Below are positions 52,931-64,000 of a stretch of DNA of 64,000 nt, one piece after another; position 1 is the first letter of the stretch; the number at the start of each line of letters is the position of its first letter. Where the stretch lies: positions 67,394,001 through 67,458,000 of the forward strand of contig OZ024741.1 of NCBI GenBank assembly GCA_964016885.1, in the 5' to 3' direction. The stretch comes from Eledone cirrhosa (Eukaryota). Position numbers and translations under genes: made by a program. Under the pieces are notes generated by a model. It was given only the letters and a program-made list of their open reading frames with translations. It was not told where the DNA came from and made no database searches.

Positions 52931-53905
52931 CGTAAAATAAGAAAATTAAAAAAAAAAATTTTTAAGAATTAACTTACTTAAATTTTCACTCCAACTAACA
53001 ATTTCTGCAATGGGATAAAGACAGTTACGTAATGAACTGTTGAGAATTTCATTGCGTCTTCAGGGAGGTCTATTCTCAGCCAAGTCTCCAGGCAATGCGC
53101 GGACACTGGGGACTCATATAAAAATAATAATAATTCGGTAAATTGAACCACCTAGGTACTATGACATAACCTGTGTATTTGCTGGCATTAGCGTACATCT
53201 GTGCGCTTATGTTATTAGATATATTAAATTATCTATATTTATCTCCAAATCACTGATTTGTCGAGCAAACCTGCCAAAACCACTTCTAAATGTTTGTGTA
53301 TTTGCTGGCATTAGCGTACATCTGTTCGTTTATGTTAGTAGATATATTAAATTATCTATATTTATCTCCAAATCACTGATTTGTCGAGCAAACCTGCCAA
53401 AACCACTTCTAAATGTTTTGGGGGGGGGGGTGTTAGTAGGCGTCTGCCATCTTACCATCCCATTCCTACTGACTAACCTCTGTGTCACGTGATTGATTCT
53501 TTAGAATCGGCCATTTGACCAGTGGCAGTGAGAATTTTCAGTGCCTGGAATCCAGTCCTCGATAGCTGTTCCATTTACCGAATTATTATTATTTTTATAT
53601 GAGTCCCCAGTGTCCGCGCATTGCCTGGAGACTTGGCTGAGAATAGACCTCCCTGATGACGCAATGAAATTCTCAACAGTTCATTACGTAACTGTCTTTA
53701 TCCCATTGCAGAAACTAATTAGTTGGAGTGATCATTTAAGTAAGTAAGTTAATTCTTTAAAATTTTTTTAAAAAATTTTCTTATTTTACGTCTTTTATAT
53801 TATTGTTCTGCATCCTCCTGCATTGAACCACCTATGACATAACCTGTGTATTTGTTGGTATTAGCGTACATCTGTGCGCTTATGTTAGTAGATATATTAA
53901 ATTAT
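52925..53905 (+). mobile_element. Relative of 37291-37880 with inverted arm and internal duplication
   Basis: 52925-53142 is inverted relative to about 53573-53797; HHR 53649-53728; duplication of about 120 bp within about 53170-53415. Confidence 0.75.
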
Positions 53906-53932
53906 CTCTCTCTATATATATATATATATATT

Positions 53933-54017
53933 TATATTTAATTATTAAATGATTAAATAGCTCTGTATCATACATAGAGCACTCTCCTTTCCTTTACCCT
54001 TCCTACGGAAATACTTC

Positions 54018-54048
<31 letters not shown>

Positions 54049-54091
54049 AATATATATGAAGTATTTCCGTAGGAAATATATATATATATAC

Positions 54092-54144
<53 letters not shown>

Positions 54145-54218
54145 GTATTTCCGTAGGAAGGGTAAAGGAAAGGAGAGTGCTCTATGTATGCTACAGAGCT
54201 ATTTAATCATTTAATAAT

Positions 54219-54225
<7 letters not shown>
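53933..54225. repeat. Inverted repeat (about 85-bp arms) around (TA)n
   Basis: ...ccttcctacggaaatacttcata / tatgaagtatttccgtaggaagg...; related to 38820-38875. Confidence 0.8.
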
Positions 54226-54262
<37 letters not shown>

Positions 54263-56104
54263 TTTATTAATACACATTGAAAGCAGAAATGCATTGCTTA
54301 GGCTTTTAATCTGTACTAATAATATATATATAAGACCTAACATACTTCTGCGTGAAAGAACCATAACATTATTTGAGATCATTAGCTGTCAACCTGGAAT
54401 AGACTCTGTGGTTGCTTCTCAATTAATGACATTATCACTGACTACTTCAAAATGTCATAGGCCATAAGAAAACTTTCGAGAAATGCGCTCTGGTGTATAA
54501 TAATTATTAGCGTTCCTCAATATTATCAGGATTTGTGTCTTCCCCACTGTCAAAACTGATACCTCATATCTTCATTTGAACACAGCCTGTTTATTTCTAT
54601 AATCTTCTAATCGATATTGGAGTCTCCATTGAGCTTCTTCAGTTTCCACGCATGGTTAATCAATATAGATGGCTAATCAATATATTTTTAGGGATGTAAT
54701 ATCGTAAAAGTAGTGTTGTTTGAACTCACTGTCAACCACATCTATATATTGTTTTCTCTCCATTGGTGGTTGTGATAAATTCCATTTTGCGCATTTGCAT
54801 ATACCTGAACATCCCAGAGTAGCACAATTTAGAGGTATATTTGTGAGAAAGATTCTAATATTGAACTAGTAAGTATCACTAACCTTTATAAGAATTCTAT
54901 TACAAATCTTACTATAACTATGATTAGATAGAGATGTTTTCTCTACCAGGGAGTGAAATAGCTTTTCTATATAGGTCTGAAAGTTTAAGATGTGTAAAGC
55001 ATATGACCTAACGTTTAGGCTTATTCAGAGATAAAGACAGTGTGAACAATTTCTCCCGAAGCCACTGTTCAATAGAAGGCATAGAAGTTCGTGTTATCGA
55101 AGAGTTTCGAAAGGTTAGGTTGGTAATTCTTCTACTTTAACATTATAAGTTAATTTTTAATGATTGTATTTGGAGTTCGCTGAAGAGTAGTTCAGTTGTT
55201 CGATCAAATAAACAAATTTTCATTGTAGTATAATGGACGTGAATGGCGGTGGTTTGGCTGTATCGTTATTTTGTAGCATTTAGTTATGGTCGTTTACACT
55301 CTGAGTTCAAATGCCACTGAGGACAATTTTGTCTTTCATTTTTTAGGAATGATAAAGTGAAATACCAGAGAAGTACTGCGAACGATTTAACCGAATTTCC
55401 TTGACCCTAAATTTCTGGCCTTGTATCTTTTTAAGACTTAATCATAGTGTAAATAAATAAATATTCCAAGGACACTTATATTGTTAGCTTAATGTTCGGG
55501 CAAAGTCAGTGTAATACAGCATGGCACAGCATTTGCCATCTAACAGGCAGATTTCATTCACATGGTAGGTGTTATATCCAAGCCTATTGTAAAAGGTAAG
55601 TGGCGTCGGAGAATTTTTTTTCATGTATTCGTTCCAACTCTCTGCTCTCCAAGTTCAAATCCCCCCCCCCCCCGGTCAATTTTGTCTTTCATCCTTTCGA
55701 GGTCGATTAAAAGTACCAGTCTAGTATTGCGGTCGATTCTGCTTCCATCTCTCTTTCACATTTTTCCTTTCTTTCACTTTCTATCTTTCTCTTGAAGAAA
55801 TCTGCTGTACTAAGGCCTGAAGATGGATGGGTTCCGCCAGGCTTAAAATGCCGAAGAAATGCCGTATGTCAATACGGCGTCCCACGACCCTATCAGGAGT
55901 TACATACATGATAAAAGTTATTTGTTCGAAATACCATGGAATCGTACTCTGAACCTCATACGTACTAAGAGAAATTCTTCACTACTTGGCTATACATGCA
56001 AGCTATGTTGTATATATCTTTTCACCTAAAATCACAGAAAAATACATCACCACAGACAAACATCCATCACACACAAATGCATACACACATATATATATGT
56101 GTGG

Positions 56105-56182
<78 letters not shown>

Positions 56183-56334
56183 ATGTGTGTATGTACCCTA
56201 AATGTTCTAAATGACTAGGATTCTAGTTACACGTTTTCAACATTCATTATGCTCCGATGGTTCCAGACTTTCCTCTGGAAGAAACAATTGTCAGCTAATA
56301 AATGTTCTAAACTAAAATTTGATCGTTTTAACAC

Positions 56335-56383
<49 letters not shown>

Positions 56384-56436
56384 GGAACCAGTAAGACCCC
56401 GACAGCTGAGCTCAAGCCGTTTCGACGGCTAATTCT

Positions 56437-56485
<49 letters not shown>

Positions 56486-56534
56486 CAACCCCTATCGAGT
56501 GGTCTTTGGATTTTGTTCATTGTATTTATTATTA

Positions 56535-56573
<39 letters not shown>

Positions 56574-57815
56574 CAAGTGGAAGCTTAGTAAAATCGAATC
56601 TTTGGCTGTGGCCAAGCTAACGACCTACAATTAGGGATGGGTAGCAAAGCACTCAATAAGATTGTAGGCCTTAGAGTAATAACATACGTTTAGACAGCTT
56701 GACAAATTGAAAATTGCGGCAGGCAAACCTAGCCACACAATACTAAAACAATTAAAAAACTAATCAGGTTATATATATCAGCACCAAAACAACGTATTTC
56801 TAGCTGTCAACTGATGAGATGCGACTACTATCTGTATTCGTCCATTTTTCTGTCTTCGTCCATATTTGTTATTCATATATATATACGCCCGTGCTTACTT
56901 CTCTAGCCCTTGCCATTGTCACCCTTACACCGTCCGTTGTCTCAAACGGGTGAGTATATTCACCTCCTAGGTCCCTATGGCTCAGTTATGGTCAGAAATA
57001 TACACTCTTACAGCTTATACAGACCAACCGAAAATAGTGAGAAAAACATATACAATCCTTTCATAAGTATTGTTTTCTGTCTCCCTTCTGCCTCACTGTC
57101 ACTGTTTATCTATCATGGGAGCAACAAAGTAGTTGTTAAAGTTGTTTCGGCTTGGATCAACACTTAATGAGCCGCCCGATTGTTGATAGCGACTTAGTAA
57201 TCAACATAACATCGTTTGCTTAAGAAATAATATATCTGGAACGAAATTATCCAACGTACATCAATCTTTTTATATGCCATGGTGGGATTAGAGGGAAAAT
57301 TTGCTTATATGAAATTTCTACTGGTATAAAAATTTGCCATCTATCCAATTCCTATCAGGTCGAAATATACCTCATGTTAACTGATAATAATATCTTTGAA
57401 TACAGTCTAATGAAAAACAGAACAAAATCAGTATTAGTCAATACGGAAGACAATTCCAAGCGTGTTTCCTTCTAAATCTGGGCTCATTAGCGTATCGTAG
57501 CATTCGCTATAAAATATTTATTAGGTAAATTTACTGGACTATACATTGGTGACTGTTGGAAAATACAATTTTTTAAAGAATAAATAATTCAAGGAATCTA
57601 TTAGCATAAAAAATAGACAGAATGTTTTGGCTAACCAATATAACACAGTGATGAAAGAATAACTAATTAGATATTACCATGCGACGATGAGGGAGCAAAA
57701 TTAGTGACGACAAATATTGTTTTTTTTCTATTCTTCAATGCCATTGAAACATATGTTGTCTTGAAGATAACACGTGAAACAGATATTGCTACTGTGATAT
57801 TCAAAACTTGCCTCT

Positions 57816-57884
<69 letters not shown>

Positions 57885-59349
57885 TTTTCCTCTCTCTATG
57901 CTTCTCTGTCTTCCTACGCTCTTCCTATCAATCTCTGAACACACAAAAATTGCATATGTGAATAACTGATTACGTCCATGTTTTCCATAATAAAAAAATC
58001 TAAACTATGTTCACTTTTATTCTCGCAAACAAAAAGCTGCCCTGATCTTATTTTCTTTAAAATATATTTTGTTTATTTATTTAGGCGCTATATAATGTTC
58101 TCTCTAAAGCAGTTAGTATGGCGGCTTTTAATTCAATCCACTTCATTAAAATTAGCCGATTTAAAACTAAAACAAACCAAAACATTAAGTCAAAAGTAAC
58201 GAAGAATTATTCAGTATGCAAACGGATGGTAAATTAATGCGACATTGAAAACAAAACGAATGCAATATAATTTCAGTGTGTTCAGATATAAAATACAATT
58301 GAGTGGAGACAAGGATAGTAATTAAGATGATGATAATGATGATGATGGCGACGATGATGAGGATGATGATGACGATGATGATGATGATGATGTTGCTATT
58401 ATCATATCCATTAATGTTGCTAATATTATTAATATTATCATTAATATTATTATATTGATAATTGTTTCTACTTTAGGCACAAGGTCAGCAATCACCCAGT
58501 GCATTACTGGTACTTTATTTTATCGACCCCGTAAGGATGAAAGGCAAAGTCAACCTCGGCGGGAAATGATAATCAAACGATATTGTAATTCTAATTTTAT
58601 TGCATTGTATCACATTATATTATTTTCTCTCAAACGATTGTATTGTGTGCATCCAGTATTATAAAGTAAAGCACTATCTCTAAGTGGTTTCAGTACTTTT
58701 AGCAAGAGTTGCTATCGAATTGTCGTTGCTATTTATTTACTCGCTCATTTTGTTTTCGAATGCGTTTGAAGATGTTTTGATAAATAAATAATTGTTCATG
58801 TGAGGTTGATATTTTTAGCGTTGCCCAGGAAACGTGTAAATGTGTGGTTGTTTAAGAAAAATGTACTACATATATATTGTGCGTGTCTAAGTGTATAGGT
58901 GCTTGTTTGTGTATGCGGGCTTGTGAGTGTGTCTATATATATATATATATAATGCTTTTATATTTCGAGAAATCAGTGAAGCATCTGTGTTTTGGCTCCC
59001 ACTTGTATTATCAGCTAATTTGGCTTGCTTTGTAAACCACGTTGTTGTCATGGCTAAAGCGAGGTTCTTTAGGAAACAATCGGTATCAGTAGCAAAGAGA
59101 GATAATGCAAATAATAATAGTTGTTTCTACATTAGGCACAAGGTCAGCAATTTGAGGGGGAAGGGAAAGTCGATTAAATCGACCCGGTGCATTACTGGAG
59201 CTTTATTTTATCGACCCTGTAAGGATAAAAGAAGAAGCTAACCGCGGCGGCATTTGAACTCAGAACGTAAAAGGCCGTAACTCTATGCTGCAAATCATGA
59301 TGATGCCGATTCAGCAATTGTTATTATTTTATTATCACCCTCATTCGTT

Positions 59350-60300
59350 CGGGTCCAGGAAGATCGACCTTACCTCCAGATCCAAGCCTTTCCTAAACAG
59401 CGCAGCCACCCACCTCCTATTCCCGGCCGCAACGCTTAGTCGGTCGGGACTGGGAGAGCTGTTTAGGAAAGGCATGGATCACAAGGCAAAGTCGATCTTC
59501 CTGGACCCGGACGGAAAGTTGGTAGTCCTGGACGGGAGCAATTGTGAAAGTGGTGCCTTTAGACTGGTGTCCGACTGGGACCGAACGGCCAGATTTCTTT
59601 AGGCGCTTGGAAACATTTCCCGGAATGTCTCTCACGTTACTGTTAGCGTGGGACTGGAACGGCATCTTAAACACACGCCGGGATTGTGTAGGAGTAGCTG
59701 ATAGGAGCAGGCTGCGCAAAAGCCACAAGTACCTAATCAGCCATCTTTTCATCTGTTGGACAGGTACCGACTAGATTTCCCTAATGTATCAGTGTAGACC
59801 TGGACCAACCGCATAGGGTCATCTAGATCGTATATAGATAGATTTTTTTTATTAGGTCAGTAGATAAGGATAATATAGGTTGTCCACATTTTCAAATAGT
59901 CGCTTATACAGGTCATAAATTTGTGATCTGCACGGTCGACTTGAATAGGACACGCAGATTAGGACCTGGTTCCTGGCAGCTGACCAGTTCGTTCCCAGCA
60001 CGTACAGGGATCGAGTCACCCCTTTATTTAACCGTAAGTTGACAGAGGGTTGCATTGTCAGATTTAAGACACGTACTCTAAGAGACAAGGTTACGAATGT
60101 TGTTCGATTGCCCCATGTGGCAGAGGCGCAGCATGGTAACAAAACCACGATTCGGTCTTTGAGGAACCGAGACGAACGCGTGCTGAACGATCCCAGGCAG
60201 ATGTATGTGGCCTTTCCCCAGCACTTTGCACGACTTTCCGCGAAGAACAGGAGTTGGAGATGTTGGCGGACTTTAGTTTCTACTTCGACACCCTTCCGAG
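59350..60300 (+). pseudogene. Degenerate Tx1 ORF2 fragment (APE and linker)
   Basis: FLDPDGKLVVLDG..GAFRLV, WDWNGILN, EGCIVRFKTR, matching copies 1 and 2. Confidence 0.8.
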
Positions 60301-60613
60301 ATCATTTTGCAAGCTTGTTGTCTTAGGTTCAATCTCAACGGGTAAAATTCTAGACCAGTGTTTTCAAGCGTAACATTACGTTCAACAATGGCTTGTGATT
60401 CAAAGAGGGTGGACGTCATAAATTGTCTTTGCCCAGAATTCAAACGTCCACTATTGTCTTATGTATAGTAGTCTCTGGAATAATCGACCACCTAAACAAT
60501 ATTATATCAATTTAACGAGGGGGTGATTCAGTTAACAGAATAATAGAGTGGCCATCACAGTACACGATGGTGCTGCCACCATTACACACACATACGCACA
60601 TATGTTTATATAA

Positions 60614-60687
<74 letters not shown>

Positions 60688-60790
60688 AGGAAAAGAGTCA
60701 AGACCCCGACTTTTGAGCTCCGGCCGTTCCGACAGCTAGACCCGAACTGGTGCGCTATGGGCCACCTGGTATCATACCTCACTTTCTTTC

Positions 60791-61730
60791 AGAATCTTCG
60801 CAGATGATTCCAAGCTCCAAAGGGTCATCAATAAGGTGGGTGACCGGACTTGCCTTCAGTCAGACCTACTGGCTGTTATCCAATGAGCAGAAATGAATAA
60901 TATGCTGTTGAATGAGGATAAATTTGAATTAATCCACTTTGGAAAAAAGGATGCCCTGAAACTACCATACTCCCTTCCTTCGGGTGAAACTCTAGTGGCA
61001 TCCAATAACATCAGAGACCTGGGAGTAATTGTGGACAACAATATAAGCTGGGCCACTCATATAAACAGCATAGTTGATATGGCCCGCAGAATGTGTTCCT
61101 GGATTCTCAGAACTTTCCAGTCGAGAGATATCCCCACTGTTGTTCTTCTCTTCTCCACTTTTGCCCGACCACACCTTGAATACTGTTGTCCACTGTGGTC
61201 ACCCCACACGAAACAAAGAATCATGAAAGTTGAAGCACCCCAAAGGTCAATTACAAAAAAGATAGTTGGCATGACAGGCCTTGACTATTGGAGTCGATTA
61301 GAAAAGCTCAAACTTTATTCTCTCCAACGTCGCCGTGATCGCTACATTATCTGTATGATGTGGAAAATATTCTATCAGCTTTGCCCAAATGATGTTGGCA
61401 TCACCTTTAGTGTACATCCAAGGCTTGGGCCCCGTGCTATCCGCCCACGACAAAAATCTCACTCGCATCACATAACAACAATACGGCACAATTATTTCAC
61501 CTCAATTGGCTCTCCACTCTTTAACATTACAACAAAACACATCAAAGCAGAGACAGACCCCATCAAGTTCAAGAAGTCTTTGGATAAATTCCTTCAAGAA
61601 ATCCCGGATAAGCCTCCTACACCCGGATATGCCTCCGTAAACAATAACTCTCTGCTCGAGTGGGCCATGGTGCCCAAACACTGATTTATAAGACTTCGCC
61701 AGGTGGTGCTATTAAGTTAGACATGGCCTG
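60791..61730 (+). mobile_element. CR1-group LINE 3' fragment (RT C-terminal half)
   Basis: IFADDSKL...LQSDL, RDLGVIVD, RPHLEYCCPLWSP, RLEKLKLYSLQRRR, FKKSLDKFL; ORF 60893-61684. Confidence 0.85.
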
Positions 61731-61890
61731 TGAGTGTTTCTGCATATATATATATATATATAAAATATATGAAAAAGAGAAGTGGCTTTGTAGATGCTAG
61801 ATAAGGTATGCTTAAAAATAAGAACGGGAGAAGTTTTCCTCATCAGTTGTCAGCTGGGGGTCTCGGATATTTCTACGCATATATATATAC

Positions 61891-61969
<79 letters not shown>

Positions 61970-61974
61970 ATATA

Positions 61975-63380
61975 ACGAAGGAATTGTGGTAAGGAAGCAG
62001 ATGGACCATAACGCACCAAAGTACTCAATACTTAGGGTAGTAGAGTGGGTAATAGGAACAAGTATCACCCCGACGGCAGAACTCAAGCCATTTCGACGGC
62101 TATTTCTGGACTAAATAAGAATTTTTAGCCTGGTAAATAAATAGCCGAACTTCTCAGGAGGTATTTCCTTTAAATGGGAAGATAGTAATTGTCAAAAGGA
62201 TTGGTGAAAACAGCCAAATCCGTCGCGCCCATACTGACGTCGAACGGGGAGTCAGACGAACTGGTAACCGCATACAAACACAGATTGCGTAGGACTTACC
62301 TCGCCCTCAAACCCCATTGTGACCGGGGGGGGGGGGTTAGAAGCGGGCTGATACCCGCCACTTGCCGATTTTGTAAGGGGTAACCCTTGGTTACAAAGGT
62401 AGACGTAACTTTTTTATCTTTTCCTCTATGTTTCCTTCTTTCCCCCCATCTCTTCCTAGTCCTTCCACCCCAGATCTCCTTCCTCGTCTTTTTTTCATCT
62501 TTAGCCTACCCCGATGCAGCCCATCGGTCCTCTGTAGCCTCAGTACTCCTCCCCCCTAATTTTAAGATACAATTGGCCGATTATGCTTTTTAGAGCAGAT
62601 GTGTTAGACCCCAGTAAATGTTTTTCTTTCTGGTTGCTACTCTATTTCTGTGGTTTCTAAATTTCTTAGTGGTATTTTTGTATTAGTATTTTTGTATTAG
62701 TATTATTGTATTAATATTTTGTATTATTATTTTTGTAGTAATATTTTAGTATTTGTGTTCTCAATTTATTAACCTGTCATTGCAAGATAGCAATGGCTGA
62801 TTACTAACTATCTATAGCAGTGGTGTTAGACCCCCTGTAAAGCCGGCTTTATAAAATTCTTTCACTACAGTCTCTTATTTAGTATTTTTCCCATTCTCCA
62901 CCTATTAAACTTTTCTATAGCTTAGCAATACCAATGAGAAATTTGGTGATTGTGGAAATGGAGTAGTAACCAGAAATTTTTTTTTTATATATTTATTTCC
63001 TTATTTTTGTAATGGTTTTTTTTTACTCCCTTTCGATTTACCTATTCTTTCACCCCCCTCCCCCTCCTCTTCTCCAGTACACTTTTTTCGACCTTTTATA
63101 CACTATCCTTAGAATCTGCTGTATAGATTTCACTTTCAACGCTTGACTGGGTTTCCCCCACTCCCTCTTTGTTCTACCAGCAAGTTCAGCCACCCCTACC
63201 TCCCACCAAATGCCATGATAGATTCATCTGTCTTTACAACAAATTTTTGACCAATCATTTTGACAATTACTATCTTCCCATATAAGGAAATACCCCCTAA
63301 GAAGTTCGGCTATTTATTTAGTCCAGAAATAGCCGTCGAAACGGCTTGAGCTCTGCCGTCGGGGTCATACTTGTTCCTAT
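61975..63380 (-). mobile_element. Longest member of the GTC-GGGG fold-back family, with about 150-bp inverted arms
   Basis: About 62052-62205 is inverted at about 63250-63380. Complete HHR-like motif on minus strand: ACCTC-CTGAGAA-G..CGGCTATTT...AAATAGCCG-TC-GAAAT GGC..GCC GTC-GGGGT. Confidence 0.65.
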
Positions 63381-63398
63381 ATATATATATGGTATATA

Positions 63399-63530
63399 TA
63401 GAAGTGGTTACACAACAGTTAGTTCCCCATACCGAGAACAATTGTTTCACCTTAGCGGATCCTCAGCTCGTAAAGGTGAAACAATTGTTCTCGGTATGGT
63501 GAACGAACTGTTGTTGTGTAACCACTTCTA
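63399..63530. repeat. Fold-back with hammerhead stem III half
   Basis: Arms 63399-63453 / 63473-63530 include GAAAC aatt GTT. Confidence 0.75.
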
Positions 63531-63703
63531 CCTAACTCGTCCCATGGACTGAGTGCTCTACCACTACGGATATTATTTCCAGTGTTCTACCACTACATAT
63601 TTATATATATATATATATATATATATGTACCAGTGCATGTGCATGTCTATACGTGTGGGCATGTGTGTATATAAGTGTCTGCATAAGAAAATACACGTAC
63701 TCA

Positions 63704-63761
<58 letters not shown>

Positions 63762-64000
63762 TGTAAGCGTAAGACATATATTTAAGGATTATTAAAAACA
63801 TGTGTAAACATTCAGTGTATTTAAATAAAAACACCAGTAATAGAATATACTCTTAAATATATAATGTGACTATAGTTGGTCAGTCTGGTTGAATGTAAGT
63901 AAGTCTGTTATGTTATTGTTACACTTGATGCTGCTGCCGTTGTAGTTGGGTCTACAGCTGTTTTAGTTGTTCGTACTGGTTCTTAAATATTTCAATGCAT

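Noticed and set aside
54290-55200. Possible old LINE RT remnant on the minus strand
   Set aside because: Only faint motif echoes; too degenerate to support a call.
56808-56955. Hammerheads at isolated CTGATGA (also 15571 and 61840 on the minus strand)
   Set aside because: No convincing GAAA/NUH/stem I partner could be assigned.

Overview
Very AT-rich, repeat-saturated metazoan DNA with no convincing host gene. The huge (TA)n/(CATA)n tracts and tRNA-type SINEs resemble octopus/cephalopod genomes, which is an inference only. Most short ORFs in the track are microsatellite artefacts. Real coding content is retrotransposon-derived: two head-to-tail Tx1/L1-clade LINEs (about 19810-31146) sitting in (TATC)n, a near full-length R4/Dong-like RLE element (about 44454-48687) in (CATA)n, several Penelope-like elements (PLEs; RT and/or GIY-YIG) with inverted pseudo-LTRs in (TA)n, a non-autonomous Helitron, and CR1-like, RTE-like and Tx1 fragments. 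The strongest hidden signal is non-coding: about 20 minimal type-I hammerhead ribozyme (HHR) motifs from more than 10 unrelated repeat families. They include U3-A8 compensatory-core variants, stem covariation between copies, and short non-coding HHR-bearing tandem units (316 and about 537 nt) that look like retrozymes. The PLE-derived fold-backs follow a recurrent long-arm/short-arm rule. All structures and coordinates were derived by eye; none was computed or tested.
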